The translations under genes were made by a program, and so were the position numbers. This document shows, piece by piece, positions 26,882-39,660 of a DNA stretch of 64,000 nt (position 1 is its first letter; each line of letters opens with the position of its first letter). The notes under the pieces were generated by a model that saw nothing but the letters and a program-made list of their open reading frames with translations, was not told the DNA's origin and searched no databases. This stretch comes from Syntrophus sp. (in: bacteria) (GTDB lineage Bacteria > Desulfobacterota > Syntrophia > Syntrophales > UBA8958): the NCBI GenBank assembly GCA_025355725.1, contig JANXZC010000098.1, forward strand, positions 7,467-71,466, in the 5' to 3' direction.

Positions 26882-27974
26882 ATACATTAAATCTGAAGAG
26901 CACAATATCACCATCCCTGAGTTGATAATCCTTCCCCTCCGAACGGATCAACCCTCTCTCCCTGGCATGGGCAATGCTGTCTACGGCAAGGAAGTCGGCA
27001 TAATGCAGGATTTCAGCCCTGATAAATCCCCTTTCCATGTCGGTGTGAATCTTGCCCGCTGCCATCGGTGCGCGTGTTCCCTTAGGAATTGTCCAGGCGC
27101 GCAATTCCGGCCCGACGGTGGTGTAAAAAGTAATTAACCCGAGAAGTTTGTAGCCTTCCCTGATAAGTTGCTCCAAACCCGATTCCTGAAGGCCAAGATC
27201 AGCCAGGAAAGCTGTCCGTTCATCCGTCGCCAATTCTGCTATTTCCGCTTCGAGATCTCCGCAGATTGTAATGACGGATGATCCTTCTTTTTCGGCAATT
27301 TCTTTAACCTCTTTTATATAGCCCTGGTCACCTTTAAGAACCGCCTCGCTGACATTGGCCACATAAAGAACCTTCTTGGCGGTCAATAAGTGAAGATCTT
27401 TCAAGGCCGCCGATTTTTCGTCCTCAAGAGAAAAATTACGGCAAGGAATCCCCCTTCCCAGGGCGTCCTGAAGAATACGCATCGAATCCATGTCATGAGC
27501 CGCAGATTTATCGCCGGCCTTGGTCTTCTTATCAATAACAGATAGACGCTTTTCAATAGTTTCCAGATCAGCAAGCATTAATTCCGTATTGATGATCTCA
27601 ATATCCCGGATGGGATCGACTATTCCATCAACATGGACAACATCGGGGTTGTCAAAGCACCTGACAATGTGGACCACGGCATCCACTTCCCGGATATGGC
27701 CGAGAAACTTGTTTCCCAGTCCCTCGCCCCGGCTCGCTCCTTTAACAAGTCCCGCAATATCAAGGAATTCCATGGTTGTATATGTCTTTTTCGGGGGGTG
27801 AAGAATTGCGGCTATTTTTTCAAGGCGTGGATCTGGAACGGCAACCATACCAATATTAGGATCGATGGTGCAGAATGGATAATTGGCCACCTCGGCCCCT
27901 GCGGCTGTAAGGGCATTGAAGATTGTTGATTTTCCAACGTTGGGAAGGCCGATAATACCACAGCGAAATCCCAT
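26880..27974 (-). CDS. ychF: Ribosome-binding ATPase YchF
   Basis: GIIGLPNVGKSTIFNALT P-loop and C-terminal TGS-like domain; 364 aa. Confidence 0.95.
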   Translation of the reverse strand: MGFRCGIIGLPNVGKSTIFNALTAAGAEVANYPFCTIDPNIGMVAVPDPRLEKIAAILHPPKKTYTTMEFLDIAGLVKGASRGEGLGNKFLGHIREVDAVVHIVRCFDNPDVVHVDGIVDPIRDIEIINTELMLADLETIEKRLSVIDKKTKAGDKSAAHDMDSMRILQDALGRGIPCRNFSLEDEKSAALKDLHLLTAKKVLYVANVSEAVLKGDQGYIKEVKEIAEKEGSSVITICGDLEAEIAELATDERTAFLADLGLQESGLEQLIREGYKLLGLITFYTTVGPELRAWTIPKGTRAPMAAGKIHTDMERGFIRAEILHYADFLAVDSIAHARERGLIRSEGKDYQLRDGDIVLFRFNV

Positions 27975-27993
27975 AACTAGACTCCTTTCTCTT

Positions 27994-28524
27994 TTATCTA
28001 AGCATCAATTTTACAACTGCAATGGCGATGATAATTCCCACACCGTCGGCAATCAGGCACACAGGCACCAGATACTTTGTTCTGCGGATATTCACGGCGC
28101 CCAGATATACGGCAAGAACAAAAAAAGTCGTTTCCGCACTTCCGATGATCACCGCGGAGATCATGCTCGCAAGCGAGTCCGGGCCTGTGGTCCTGACAAT
28201 ATCGATAAAGATAGCCGTTGATGCACTTCCGGAAAGAGGCTTGATGAGAGCCACAGACAGAACCTCAGGCGGGATGCCACAAGCTGCGAAAGATCCGGAA
28301 AGAGCCTGCCTGAGAAGATCAAATGCCCCGGATGCCTGAAAGGCCTTGACCGCAACAAAAATAGCCAGCAGGTAAGGAAAGATTTTAAAAATGATTTGTA
28401 TTCCGTCTCTTGCACCTCCCACGAATGAATCATAGACGCGCACTTTTTTAAAGGCGCCGTAGAGTACCGCAAAGAGTATGAATGCAGGAATTGCTAGCTG
28501 GGAGATAAAGGAAAAGGTCTTCAT
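27994..28524 (-). CDS. Nucleoside-recognition-domain membrane protein (SpmB-like)
   Basis: Polytopic membrane protein paired with and overlapping an SpmA-like gene, the typical spmA-spmB arrangement. Confidence 0.75.
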   Translation of the reverse strand: MKTFSFISQLAIPAFILFAVLYGAFKKVRVYDSFVGGARDGIQIIFKIFPYLLAIFVAVKAFQASGAFDLLRQALSGSFAACGIPPEVLSVALIKPLSGSASTAIFIDIVRTTGPDSLASMISAVIIGSAETTFFVLAVYLGAVNIRRTKYLVPVCLIADGVGIIIAIAVVKLMLR

Positions 28525-29096
28525 TTCATAAGTATCCTGAAAATCAGGAGCACGCAGACTGCGATAATAGCAGAGATTACGGTGCAGATTATTGTGGGAA
28601 AAACAATGACCGAGGGGTTTGCAGACCCAAAATCAGAAAGGATACCTACCACTGTAAAAGGAATCAACTGGACGCTTGCGGTATTTAGAACTATAAAGAG
28701 CATCATTTCAAAAGTTAGGGAGTCTTTATCTTCATTGAGTGTCTGAAGATCCTGCATGGCCTTGATCCCGAGGGGGGTTGCGGCATTGCCAAGGCCGAAA
28801 AAGTTGGCAAGCATATTAAGAGTAATAGAGGTGATTGCGGGGTGGTCTGGGGGAACAGTTCTAAAGAGCCTGGTAATTAGCGGCCTGAAAGTATGGGAAA
28901 TCCTGTAGATAAGTCCTGAATCTTCGATAATTTTTGTTATGCCGAGCCATAGCGAGACTATTCCCAGCAGAAAAAGCGATATTTCAACCGCTGCCTTGGC
29001 TCCGTCAAACATGGCTCTGGTAACCGCTTCAAGACCGCCCGTCCAGAAGGCGGCGACAATGCTCACGGCAATCAAAATAACCCAGATAATATTCAT
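28521..29096 (-). CDS. Nucleoside-recognition-domain membrane protein (SpmA-like)
   Basis: Polytopic membrane protein with a GLGNAATPLGIKAM motif. It overlaps the SpmB-like gene by 4 nt. Confidence 0.75.
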   Translation of the reverse strand: MNIIWVILIAVSIVAAFWTGGLEAVTRAMFDGAKAAVEISLFLLGIVSLWLGITKIIEDSGLIYRISHTFRPLITRLFRTVPPDHPAITSITLNMLANFFGLGNAATPLGIKAMQDLQTLNEDKDSLTFEMMLFIVLNTASVQLIPFTVVGILSDFGSANPSVIVFPTIICTVISAIIAVCVLLIFRILMK

Positions 29097-29121
29097 GATA
29101 TTGAAGCGTCATCCATGATTT

Positions 29122-30021
29122 TTAAATTCTCTGTTTATTCTCAGCGAGCCAGTCCTCGATAGAACTCGCAGCCTCCTCCCATCCCGGTTCGGCGATAATA
29201 AAATGGGAATGTCGATCGAATTCCCGATAGGTGGAGACAGCTTTATATTTATTATGAATCTTTCTCGCAATCCTGGGAGTTATAAGGCGATCCTCGGCAC
29301 CCACCATGGTGAGGATCGGGCAGGTAACTTTTGATTCATCGACGGACGTGGCCTTGGCCCTGTCGAAGTACCAGAAGCTGATCTCCCAGGCCACCCGGGG
29401 GGATTCGTAGGTAAATTTCTCGAATACCGTCTTCTGTTTATCTGGGGGCAGCAGATGCAGGGAAGAATAGATGGCCCCTTCAAAAGTAGGACGAAGCGGT
29501 TCGCGCCAATGTCCGAACCGTTGCCGGTTTATCCAGAAACTCTTTGTCCCTGTCCAGGATATGGCGTTGATACCCCGGGGAACTGCCGGTGCAATCAGGA
29601 TTGTTGCCCTGGCCAGACCTTTACTTGCCAGAAGCTGGGCGATCAGTCCGCCCATGGAATGACCGATGATGATGGGCTTCTGATCCAGGGCGCGTACCTC
29701 CTTTTCCACATCGGTGAGATAGTCGCGAATACCTGTTTCCATCAGCCCGGGATTCGGAGGAGAACTCAGGGGCAGGTCATGGTATCTCAAGGTCGGGGTG
29801 ATGACGCGGTATCCCCGCTGTTCGAAATAGTTCCGATATGGATCCCAGCACCAGGGACCGACAAACATGCCGTGGATCATCACAATGACCGGTTGCTTTG
29901 CTTTTTTTACAGTATGATCTGCTTCTTCGTGTGCCAGTGCATTGCCGGGTATGTAGATGACACCTGATATTATCAGGAAGGAAATAAGGCTAAGTGCCGC
30001 ATTGAAAATAGCTTTCCCCAT
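29122..30021 (-). CDS. Secreted alpha/beta-fold hydrolase
   Basis: Signal peptide, GHSMGG nucleophile elbow, and C-terminal D/H region. Confidence 0.8.
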   Translation of the reverse strand: MGKAIFNAALSLISFLIISGVIYIPGNALAHEEADHTVKKAKQPVIVMIHGMFVGPWCWDPYRNYFEQRGYRVITPTLRYHDLPLSSPPNPGLMETGIRDYLTDVEKEVRALDQKPIIIGHSMGGLIAQLLASKGLARATILIAPAVPRGINAISWTGTKSFWINRQRFGHWREPLRPTFEGAIYSSLHLLPPDKQKTVFEKFTYESPRVAWEISFWYFDRAKATSVDESKVTCPILTMVGAEDRLITPRIARKIHNKYKAVSTYREFDRHSHFIIAEPGWEEAASSIEDWLAENKQRI

Positions 30022-30272
30022 CTACATTTTCCCTTGCATCCATGCTTGAATCGATTGTTATTATCCTGTAATGCAATTCAAGGCCTAATGGCAAGGAAAA
30101 CCATTCATAAAGATTATCATCCGAAACCAAAGTGAATTTCCTTCCTTAGAAAAGATGTTCTGCAAGTTCTTTCTCCTTGACAAGAAAGGACATCTTTATT
30201 CATAATCAAGGCGTGAATAGGCCGGGGTTGGAAGATGAAATTGTCAAAATCCATAATGAGGAGGTTACATCG

Positions 30273-31055
30273 ATGAATGAGAAAAAGTTTTCCCTGTTGC
30301 TGCTTGGAGTTATTTTATTTGTGGTTATCGGGGTGTCAAATATTGCCCAGGCCTTGGAATTAGGAGTCAGGGGGTATTACTGGTTTCCTGCGTTTTCTGC
30401 TACTCAGCGGGTCGATACGGCATCCATGAAAGGCACGGAATTTGATGTAAAAAATACCATGGGTGTCAGCAACCAGTCTTTCTGGTCCGGCGAGATCTAT
30501 GGCGGCGTCGGTAAGCATCACCTGAGTGCCATGTATACACCAATGAAGTATTCAAACGATACAACTCTGACTACGGCGATTAATTATGGTGGGACAAATT
30601 TTACCGCTAATACGGCGGTCAATTACAATCTTGATTTTTATATGATGGATGTAAAATACCTTTACGATATCATCAATATGGAAAACATCCTCGCAGGTTT
30701 TTCCGTGGGGCCCATGTTGCAGGTGAAATACGTTTCCGGGTCTACGGAGCTGAAAGCAGCGGCAATTGCCGGACAGGATGTCAAGCAGAGCTTCAGCGCC
30801 CCGGTCCCCATGGTGGGTTTAGGAGCCCACATAGGTCTGATTGCCAATATTTTAGAGGCGCGTGCGCAGGTAACGGGGATGGGATATTCGGGTAATTCTG
30901 TCATTGAGGCCTTGGCGGATATTTCCGTGACCCCCTTCCCGTTTGTTGATATCCATGGCGGCTACAAGTATATATGGTTAAAATTGGATAGGAACGACTA
31001 CTACATGGATGCCACGTTCAGCGGACCCTACGTAGCCTTAACAGTTGGATTTTAG
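30273..31055 (+). CDS. Outer-membrane beta-barrel protein (hypothetical)
   Basis: Signal peptide ...VSNIAQA, alternating aromatic/Gly beta-strand pattern, and C-terminal ...ALTVGF. ATG 30273 lies behind gaggagg. Confidence 0.65.
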   Translation: MNEKKFSLLLLGVILFVVIGVSNIAQALELGVRGYYWFPAFSATQRVDTASMKGTEFDVKNTMGVSNQSFWSGEIYGGVGKHHLSAMYTPMKYSNDTTLTTAINYGGTNFTANTAVNYNLDFYMMDVKYLYDIINMENILAGFSVGPMLQVKYVSGSTELKAAAIAGQDVKQSFSAPVPMVGLGAHIGLIANILEARAQVTGMGYSGNSVIEALADISVTPFPFVDIHGGYKYIWLKLDRNDYYMDATFSGPYVALTVGF

Positions 31056-31100
31056 ACCCATCGAATAGTAAAGATTAGCAGCAGTGATAATGATTAAAAA

Positions 31101-31130
31101 AAGAGGGGTTCCTTTTCGGGAACCCCTCTT
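31101..31130. terminator. Bidirectional terminator (OMP gene / atpB)
   Basis: 12-bp stem aagaggggttcc/ggaacccctctt flanked by A7. On the minus strand this reads as hairpin plus T-run after atpB. Confidence 0.75.
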
Positions 31131-31159
31131 CCGCGTGAAGCGGAGTAGTGTTCTTCAGC

Positions 31160-31819
31160 TTAGTGGTGCTCTTCCATCGCCCCGGCAATGTACATCATAG
31201 AAAGGAGCATGAAGACCAGGGTCTGAATGAAAGAAATCAGGAGCTTGAGGACGAGGATGGGCAGCGGCACCAAGAGGGGGACCAGAATGAACAGAACGAA
31301 GAGGACGATATGACCGCCCTCGATGTTTCCGAAAAGACGCATGGACAGTGAGACGGGACGAGAGATATGGCTCACGATTTCAATGGGCAGCATCAGGGGC
31401 GTCAGCCACCATATGGGGCCAAGAAACTGCTTGAAATACTTGAGGCCTTGAATCTGAACGCCCACAATGTGGGTCAGGAAGAAGACGACGAGGGCCATGG
31501 CGACGGTTGTGTTCAGGTTGGCGGTGGGAGATTCCAGCCCCGGAATCAACCCGACCAGGTTCGAGGTCAGAATGAAAAACCCCAGGGTGGCGATCAGGGG
31601 GAAGAAACGCATCCCATGAGTCCCCATGGTATCGATCAGCAGTTTATGGATCGCGCTGACGAAAACTTCCATAGTGTTCTGAAAGCCCCCCGGTGTAAGT
31701 TCCAATCGGCGTGTTGCCAGGATTGAAAAGAGGGCGAGCAGGGCCATTACAAACCAGGTATAGGTAATGTACGTGGGAATACCGGGAAAGATTAATTGCA
31801 GGAAAGACAGAGTGTGCAT
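31160..31819 (-). CDS. atpB: F-type ATP synthase subunit a
   Basis: Polytopic protein with the conserved [14 protein letters not shown] Arg motif. Confidence 0.92.
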   Translation of the reverse strand: MHTLSFLQLIFPGIPTYITYTWFVMALLALFSILATRRLELTPGGFQNTMEVFVSAIHKLLIDTMGTHGMRFFPLIATLGFFILTSNLVGLIPGLESPTANLNTTVAMALVVFFLTHIVGVQIQGLKYFKQFLGPIWWLTPLMLPIEIVSHISRPVSLSMRLFGNIEGGHIVLFVLFILVPLLVPLPILVLKLLISFIQTLVFMLLSMMYIAGAMEEHH

Positions 31820-31822
31820 CTT

Positions 31823-32218
31823 CTAATTGACCTCCTCAACGCAAGATTTTTTTGTTAATGCCACGATGGCAGTTAAAACGATGTTAATAATGACCGTGGA
31901 GAGGCCGATCAAAAGGCCGATCACATCCACGATCTGACTGGAAACGATAAAGAACAGGGCAATGGCCGTAACTCCGAAGCGAATGTAGTATTTGAACATG
32001 ATCCGAGACTTTGCCCGATCATTGAGGTGTTGGAAAACATTTTTGACATCCCGATAGAGCCAGTGATAATTAACGATGCTGATCAGGCCGCCAAGGACGA
32101 TGCCGAGGGTAAATTTTGGAGAAAACAGAAATGCGCTGACAAGGACGAAGATGCCAAGCATGACCCAGTTGACGATTTCAAGCCTTCGCTGGAGCGGGTC
32201 TTTTCCGGTGTGGTTCAC
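31823..32218 (-). CDS. atpI: ATP synthase protein I-like small membrane protein
   Basis: Four hydrophobic helices, located between atpZ and atpB. Confidence 0.6.
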   Translation of the reverse strand: MNHTGKDPLQRRLEIVNWVMLGIFVLVSAFLFSPKFTLGIVLGGLISIVNYHWLYRDVKNVFQHLNDRAKSRIMFKYYIRFGVTAIALFFIVSSQIVDVIGLLIGLSTVIINIVLTAIVALTKKSCVEEVN

Positions 32219-32483
32219 TTTTTACACTCTTGATAATCGTTTTATCGTCCTGAATAGATCTGCTGATCAGGACATACAAATTCCTAAAGCCCCCGAAGAC
32301 GCCCATAATGAAAAAAAGGACTGTAAAGAAGAAGGAAGTACCCATCTTCTTGTCCAGCCAACTGCCGACAAAGAGCCCCCCAAAGATCAAAAGGACAAAG
32401 GCGAAGCCAATACTGCTGGCATAGGCCATCTGAACGTATGCTTTCCTATCTTCCTTATCCATTGGCGCAGCGCCTTCTATCAC
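32178..32483 (-). CDS. atpZ: AtpZ/AtpI-family small membrane protein
   Basis: YVQMAYASSIGFAFVLLIFGGLFVGSWLDKKMGT is typical of AtpZ. An alternative start is ATG 32462. Confidence 0.7.
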   Translation of the reverse strand: MIEGAAPMDKEDRKAYVQMAYASSIGFAFVLLIFGGLFVGSWLDKKMGTSFFFTVLFFIMGVFGGFRNLYVLISRSIQDDKTIIKSVKSEPHRKRPAPAKA

Positions 32484-32575
32484 GGCCGGTCAGTGAAGTC
32501 AACAAAAATGGCATTGAATCTTCAATAGTCTTTCTGCAACCGTCCTGGCATTTGCTAATCATGGAATGGTCTCTC

Positions 32576-34550
<1,975 letters not shown>

Positions 34551-34607
34551 GTAGGTGCTTTGCCTCCTGTTATGTTGTTATGGTTACACTATCTTTAATA
34601 ATATTAA

Positions 34608-35621
34608 TTATTGCAATTGGTAGTAGTTCCGGTACCAATCAACAAATCTTCCTATCCCTTCTTCTATCGGGGTGGTAGGCTTGAATCCCACGTCAGCCAT
34701 CAGGTCGTCAACATCGGCGTAGGTCGCCGGTACATCGCCGGGCTGCATGGGAAGAAGATTCAGCTTTGCCTTTTTCCCCAGGCTTTTCTCCAGGGTAGCG
34801 ATGAAGTCGAGGAGGGCGACGGGTTGGTTGTTGCCGATATTATATATTTTATAAGGGGCAAAACTCGTCGCGGGATCGGGATGAGCACCCTCCCAAGCAG
34901 GATCGGGAGCGGGCGTCCTGTCCATGACTCGAGCGATGCCTTCGACGATGTCGTCGATATAGGTAAAATCCCGCTGCATATGACCATCGTTATAGACATC
35001 GATGGGTTCGTCGGCAAGGATGGCCCGGGTGAAAAGAAATAGCGCCATGTCCGGGCGTCCCCAAGGGCCGTAAACGGTGAAAAAGCGTAGTCCCGTGCAA
35101 GGTATCTTATAAAGGGCCGCATAGGCATGGGCCATAAGTTCATTGGCTTTTTTCGTCGCCGCGTAGAGGCTTACGGGATGATCAACGTTGTCATGAATGG
35201 AAAAGGGCATGTTCGTGTTTGCCCCGTACACGGAGCTTGAGGAAGCAAAAACAAGATGACCTGCCTTTATAGCCCGGCAACCTTCCAGGATGTTGAGGAA
35301 TCCTGACAGGTTGCTGTCCAGATAGGCATAAGGATTGGTGAGGGAATAGCGGACACCGGCTTGGGCGGCCAGGTGTACAACCAGGCGGGGTTTTTCCCGG
35401 GCGAACAAGGCTGAAAGCGACTCTCTGTCGGCGATATCGAGGCGGATGAACCGGAAGGCGTCATTCTCTTGGAGTATCCGCAAACGGTCCTCTTTCAGGC
35501 GGACATCGTAGTAGGGATTGATATTGTCAATGCCGACAACGGCTCTGCCCGCCGCCAGCAGTCTGCGTGACAGATGGAAACCGATGAATCCGGCGATACC
35601 GGTGATGAGGATTTCGGCCAT
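34608..35621 (-). CDS. NAD-dependent UDP-sugar-acid 4-epimerase (UDP-glucuronate 4-epimerase family)
   Basis: ITGIAGFIGFHL and YAATKKANE motifs. It is paired with a nucleotide-sugar dehydrogenase. Confidence 0.85.
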   Translation of the reverse strand: MAEILITGIAGFIGFHLSRRLLAAGRAVVGIDNINPYYDVRLKEDRLRILQENDAFRFIRLDIADRESLSALFAREKPRLVVHLAAQAGVRYSLTNPYAYLDSNLSGFLNILEGCRAIKAGHLVFASSSSVYGANTNMPFSIHDNVDHPVSLYAATKKANELMAHAYAALYKIPCTGLRFFTVYGPWGRPDMALFLFTRAILADEPIDVYNDGHMQRDFTYIDDIVEGIARVMDRTPAPDPAWEGAHPDPATSFAPYKIYNIGNNQPVALLDFIATLEKSLGKKAKLNLLPMQPGDVPATYADVDDLMADVGFKPTTPIEEGIGRFVDWYRNYYQLQ

Positions 35622-35624
35622 ATC

Positions 35625-36944
35625 TTACAAGCTCCAGTACTGTATGTTCTGCTTTTCCATGTCCCGGCCTTTAAAGAGACCCTTGATGTCGATTACCACT
35701 GGCGGTTTCGTCTTGCACAGCCCAGCGATTCTCTCAATGCCCAGCTTGACGTATTCGTCATGGGCTACGGCAACGATAACGGCGTCCAGGTCGGCAATAT
35801 TTTTCAGGGGCTTCAGGTTAAGGCGATAATGGTCGTGGACCTCTTCCGGGATGGCAAGGGGATCGTGAACAAGGACTTCAATCCCGTATCCCGCCAGTTC
35901 CGTAATGATATCGACTACCCGGGTATTACGGATATCGGGGATGTTTTCCTTGAAGGTCAGGCCAAGGACAGCGACGCGGGCCTTACGGACATGCTTGTCG
36001 GCAGCGATGAGCATCTTGATCGTCTGTTCGGCGATGTATTTCCCCATACCGTCGTTGATCCGGCGTCCGGCCAGGATCATTTCCGGATGGTAACCAAGGC
36101 TTTCGGCCTTATAGGTAAGATAGTAAGGGTCGACGCCGATGCAATGGCCTCCGACCAGTCCCGGGCGGAAGGGGAGAAAGTTCCATTTCGTTCCCGCCGC
36201 TTCTAGGACTTCGAGGGAGTCTATGCCCAGGCGCTCAAAAATAATGGACAGCTCGTTCATGAGGGCAATGTTGATGTCCCGCTGGGTATTTTCAATGACC
36301 TTGGCCGCCTCCGCCACCTTAATGGAGGAGGCTTCATAGATGCCCGCCTTGACGACTTTTCCGTAGATTCCCTTGAGAAGCTCCACTGTGTTCCGGTCGG
36401 AGCCGGAGACGATTTTAACGATGCTCTCCAAGGTGTGGACCTTGTCGCCGGGGTTGATCCTTTCCGGAGAATAGCCCACGAAAAAATCCTGCCCAAAAAT
36501 TAATCCCGATTCCGCTGCCAGGATGGGAACGCATATCTCTTCCGTAACGCCTGGATAAACGGTTGATTCATAAACCACGCAGGAACCTGGCTTCAGGTGT
36601 CTTCCCACCAGGGTTGAGGCGCCGCGAATGGCGCTGAGATCGGGAATTCGGGAACCGTCTATCGGGGTAGGAACAGCCACGATAATCAAACGGCAATCGG
36701 CAAGCTTGCGGGGGTCGCTCGTGAATGTCACAGCCGCGGCCTTGAGCTGTTCAAGGGTGATTTCAAGCGTCTGGTCGAATCCTTGTCGCAGTTCTTTGAT
36801 CCGGGACTCTTTGACATCGAAACCAAGGACGGAAAAATGATGGGAAAGATGCACCGCCAGGGGCAGGCCGACATAGCCTAACCCGACTACGGCGATTTTT
36901 TCGGAATGGGCGACAAAATTATCAATATTCGCTCTTATGATCAT
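35625..36944 (-). CDS. Nucleotide-sugar 6-dehydrogenase (TviB/WbpO-like UDP-GlcNAc/GalNAc dehydrogenase family)
   Basis: VVGLGYVGLPLA Rossmann motif and catalytic GGHCIGVDPYYL. Confidence 0.85.
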   Translation of the reverse strand: MIIRANIDNFVAHSEKIAVVGLGYVGLPLAVHLSHHFSVLGFDVKESRIKELRQGFDQTLEITLEQLKAAAVTFTSDPRKLADCRLIIVAVPTPIDGSRIPDLSAIRGASTLVGRHLKPGSCVVYESTVYPGVTEEICVPILAAESGLIFGQDFFVGYSPERINPGDKVHTLESIVKIVSGSDRNTVELLKGIYGKVVKAGIYEASSIKVAEAAKVIENTQRDINIALMNELSIIFERLGIDSLEVLEAAGTKWNFLPFRPGLVGGHCIGVDPYYLTYKAESLGYHPEMILAGRRINDGMGKYIAEQTIKMLIAADKHVRKARVAVLGLTFKENIPDIRNTRVVDIITELAGYGIEVLVHDPLAIPEEVHDHYRLNLKPLKNIADLDAVIVAVAHDEYVKLGIERIAGLCKTKPPVVIDIKGLFKGRDMEKQNIQYWSL

Positions 36945-36958
36945 GATAAATCCGTTCC

Positions 36959-38242
36959 TTAGAGGCTATTTAGGGTTGAGGCGCAGGCTGACAGGGTCTT
37001 GTCCATGTCCTCGTGGTTATGGGCCAGAGAAAGGAACCATGCCTCAAACTGGGAAGGGGGCAGACTGATGCCGTTTTTCAGCATCCCCCGGAAGAAGCGG
37101 GCAAACATGTCCGTATCCGCACGGCTTGCCGAGGCAAAGTCGCTGACAGGTTCAGAGGTAAAAAATACGGTAAACATGGACCCCATCCGATTGATGGTCA
37201 CGGGAATTCCTTTTTGGGCGAACAAAGGTTTCATCTCCTCGCAGAGACTGAAGGCAAGGCGGTCCATAGCTTCGTAGCAATCCGTACTGTGCTGCAAGAG
37301 GGCCAGAGCGGTGAGCCCGGCGGTCATGGCCAGCGGGTTTCCCGATAGGGTTCCCGCCTGATAAACAGGACCGAGGGGGGCCAGCTGTTCCATGATGATC
37401 CGCTTGCCTCCGACCGCGCCTACGGGAAGACCGCCGCCGATAATCTTTCCAAGGCAAGTGAGATCCGGGTCGATACCGGCGATTCCCTGGTAGCCCCCCC
37501 AGATCAAACGGAACCCCGTAATGACCTCGTCGAAAATCAGGAGACTCCCATTGGCCATTGTAAGTCCACGTAACATATCAAGAAATCCCGGGTGTGGCAC
37601 TACGACGCCCATATTGCCGGCCACCGGTTCCACAATGACCCCGGCGATTTCCCGGCCCTGCTCCTCAAAAAGCTTTACTATGGATGCCTGATCATTATAG
37701 GGAACGGTGAGCGTCAGTTCGGCAAGGTGTTTCGGGACTCCCGGGCTGCCGGGAATCCCCAGGGTGGCGACGCCTGATCCCGCCTTGACAAGCAGGGAAT
37801 CGGCATGTCCGTGATAACAACCTTCAAATTTGACGATTTTCTCCCGTCCCGTCAAGGCCCGGGCTAGGCGGATGGCCGTCATTACCGCTTCCGTCCCCGA
37901 GCTCATCATGCGCACCATATCCATGGAAGGAAAGGCCTCGATGATCAGTCCGGCAAGACCAACTTCCAGGGGCGTCGGGGCGCCATAGCTTGTTCCTTTC
38001 CCGGCTTGGTCTTTAATGGCCTCAACAACCGCCGGATGGGCATGGCCCAGAATCAGGGGGCCCCAGGACATGACATAGTCCACATATTCCCGGCTGTCGA
38101 CATCGGTGATCCGCGCACCCTGGGCTTCACGCATGAATACCGGGTGGCCTCCCACCGCCTTGAAGGCGCGGACGGGACTGTTTACACCACCGGGGATAAT
38201 TTTTTTTGCCTCCTCGAATAGCTGCGTTGACATTTCGTTCAT
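36959..38242 (-). CDS. hemL: Glutamate-1-semialdehyde 2,1-aminomutase
   Basis: The N-terminus ...[18 protein letters not shown] and aminotransferase class III fold are present; 427 aa. Confidence 0.95.
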   Translation of the reverse strand: MNEMSTQLFEEAKKIIPGGVNSPVRAFKAVGGHPVFMREAQGARITDVDSREYVDYVMSWGPLILGHAHPAVVEAIKDQAGKGTSYGAPTPLEVGLAGLIIEAFPSMDMVRMMSSGTEAVMTAIRLARALTGREKIVKFEGCYHGHADSLLVKAGSGVATLGIPGSPGVPKHLAELTLTVPYNDQASIVKLFEEQGREIAGVIVEPVAGNMGVVVPHPGFLDMLRGLTMANGSLLIFDEVITGFRLIWGGYQGIAGIDPDLTCLGKIIGGGLPVGAVGGKRIIMEQLAPLGPVYQAGTLSGNPLAMTAGLTALALLQHSTDCYEAMDRLAFSLCEEMKPLFAQKGIPVTINRMGSMFTVFFTSEPVSDFASASRADTDMFARFFRGMLKNGISLPPSQFEAWFLSLAHNHEDMDKTLSACASTLNSL

Positions 38243-38703
38243 GTAAAGTACTCCATAGAGCTCTTTTTCAGTTCCTCCTCGCTCAACAGGATTTGATAGT
38301 CCGGAATATCCAGTTTTGACGCGATACCACGTATGAATGACTCGGGATCAGTGTCTTTCAGATGGACCATGGAGAATAGATTATATTTCTCAAGAAAAAG
38401 AGGCTCCCTTTCATAGCAATGGGTAGTTTCTCGCAGCGACGCCATAGCCTTCCCGACTTCATCCATTCGTTCTTCTGGGACCGCCCATACGACCATGGCA
38501 TTTCTGGTGAAACCTACCTTCTGGTGCCGGATGATGGCACTGAATTTCCGAATCCAACCAAGACTGATGAAATTACGAGCAATCTTTAGAACATCATCTT
38601 CAGTTGTACCTGTCACATTGGCCATGTCCTGAAACGGACGGCTTACGATGAAAATATCCTCCTGCAGACGCCGGGCAATCTGCTTTTCCCTATCTGAAAT
38701 CAT
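38239..38703 (-). CDS. Lrp/AsnC-like siroheme decarboxylase subunit homolog (AhbA/AhbB, NirD/L family)
   Basis: The pattern [14 protein letters not shown]...SRPF...G......L...G.IRKF fits the family. The gene overlaps the hemL start by 4 nt. Start is uncertain (TTG 38724, GTG 38712 or ATG 38703). Confidence 0.65.
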   Translation of the reverse strand: MISDREKQIARRLQEDIFIVSRPFQDMANVTGTTEDDVLKIARNFISLGWIRKFSAIIRHQKVGFTRNAMVVWAVPEERMDEVGKAMASLRETTHCYEREPLFLEKYNLFSMVHLKDTDPESFIRGIASKLDIPDYQILLSEEELKKSSMEYFT

Positions 38704-38864
38704 GGGCCTCACATAGATGATCAAAACATCGTGCTGTCATTTAAAGCCGCCTATATCATATTTGACGGTTAATACAAAAGGAATTGACATTAAACCGAGA
38801 TGACCGCCGAAGAGACAAGGCGATACTGGGCTGTTGAATAGTACTCTGCCAGGGTTGAAAGGGG

Positions 38865-39647
38865 TTATTCCCCGGATTGCGTCCGGATAAAACTGCCGGG
38901 ATATGACTCAGACAGCTTAAGTTTATTCATGTTATTGGAAGCTTCTTTCGTACTCGTAAAATTTCCTACCCATATCCGATACCAGGCACCATGTCCCGCG
39001 ATATGGGTTGTTTTCATCTGAATATCGGGAAATCTCTTTTTAACATCCTCCATGAATGCATCGGCGTCTTTTTTCCTCTTTTCGGGGAAGGCCTTGATCT
39101 GGATCACGTATTTCCCTTTGTCGTGAGTTTTTAACGATGCAGGTGCGGCTGTTGACTCCTCTGGTTGGGTTTTAATAGGACTCGTTTCGGGAGGGATAAT
39201 GGCTGATTGGTTATTTATATTTCCGGCAAAAGGTTTCTTAATTGCCTTGGCAACGGGAGGAGTTGACCATTCAGTCCCATTGAAATACAAAGTTTCTCCC
39301 GTCAGTTTGTTTGTCCTGATCGGATAGACTTTTTCCCCCAAATTTATGGATTCATAGTTGTAGATCGTTGGCCAGACAAAGATGACGACCAGACATAGAA
39401 GGCTAAGGGAAAAAAACGCCCCTATGGCCATAAGGGGAAATCGTCGTTTGCCTTCTTCTTTTCTTAGTGTGGGACAATCGTTCGTACGCTCAGGCAGCCC
39501 TGGTCCTTCAGGGGCAGCAGTTTCTGTTTTCAACTGTTGTAAAGGATAGGATGAATCTCCCAAAGTATCTGTATTTGCGACCTTCCGATAAAGGTCTTCC
39601 AATTCCTGTTCAAGGTCAGCATCTTTGGGCTCCTTATTGTCCATCAA
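38865..39647 (-). CDS. Single-pass membrane protein with C-terminal SPOR domain
   Basis: One TM helix (MAIGAFFSLSLLCLVVIFVW). SPOR signature YVIQIKAF...AWYRIWVGNFTSTKEA. Confidence 0.8.
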   Translation of the reverse strand: MMDNKEPKDADLEQELEDLYRKVANTDTLGDSSYPLQQLKTETAAPEGPGLPERTNDCPTLRKEEGKRRFPLMAIGAFFSLSLLCLVVIFVWPTIYNYESINLGEKVYPIRTNKLTGETLYFNGTEWSTPPVAKAIKKPFAGNINNQSAIIPPETSPIKTQPEESTAAPASLKTHDKGKYVIQIKAFPEKRKKDADAFMEDVKKRFPDIQMKTTHIAGHGAWYRIWVGNFTSTKEASNNMNKLKLSESYPGSFIRTQSGE

Positions 39648-39660
39648 ACACCAGTTATGG

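Noticed and set aside
26751-27137. 128-aa plus-strand ORF spanning the hairpin region and the 3' end of ychF
   Set aside because: It begins inside hairpin 1, crosses the terminator, and is antisense to the well-supported ychF. It has no SD.
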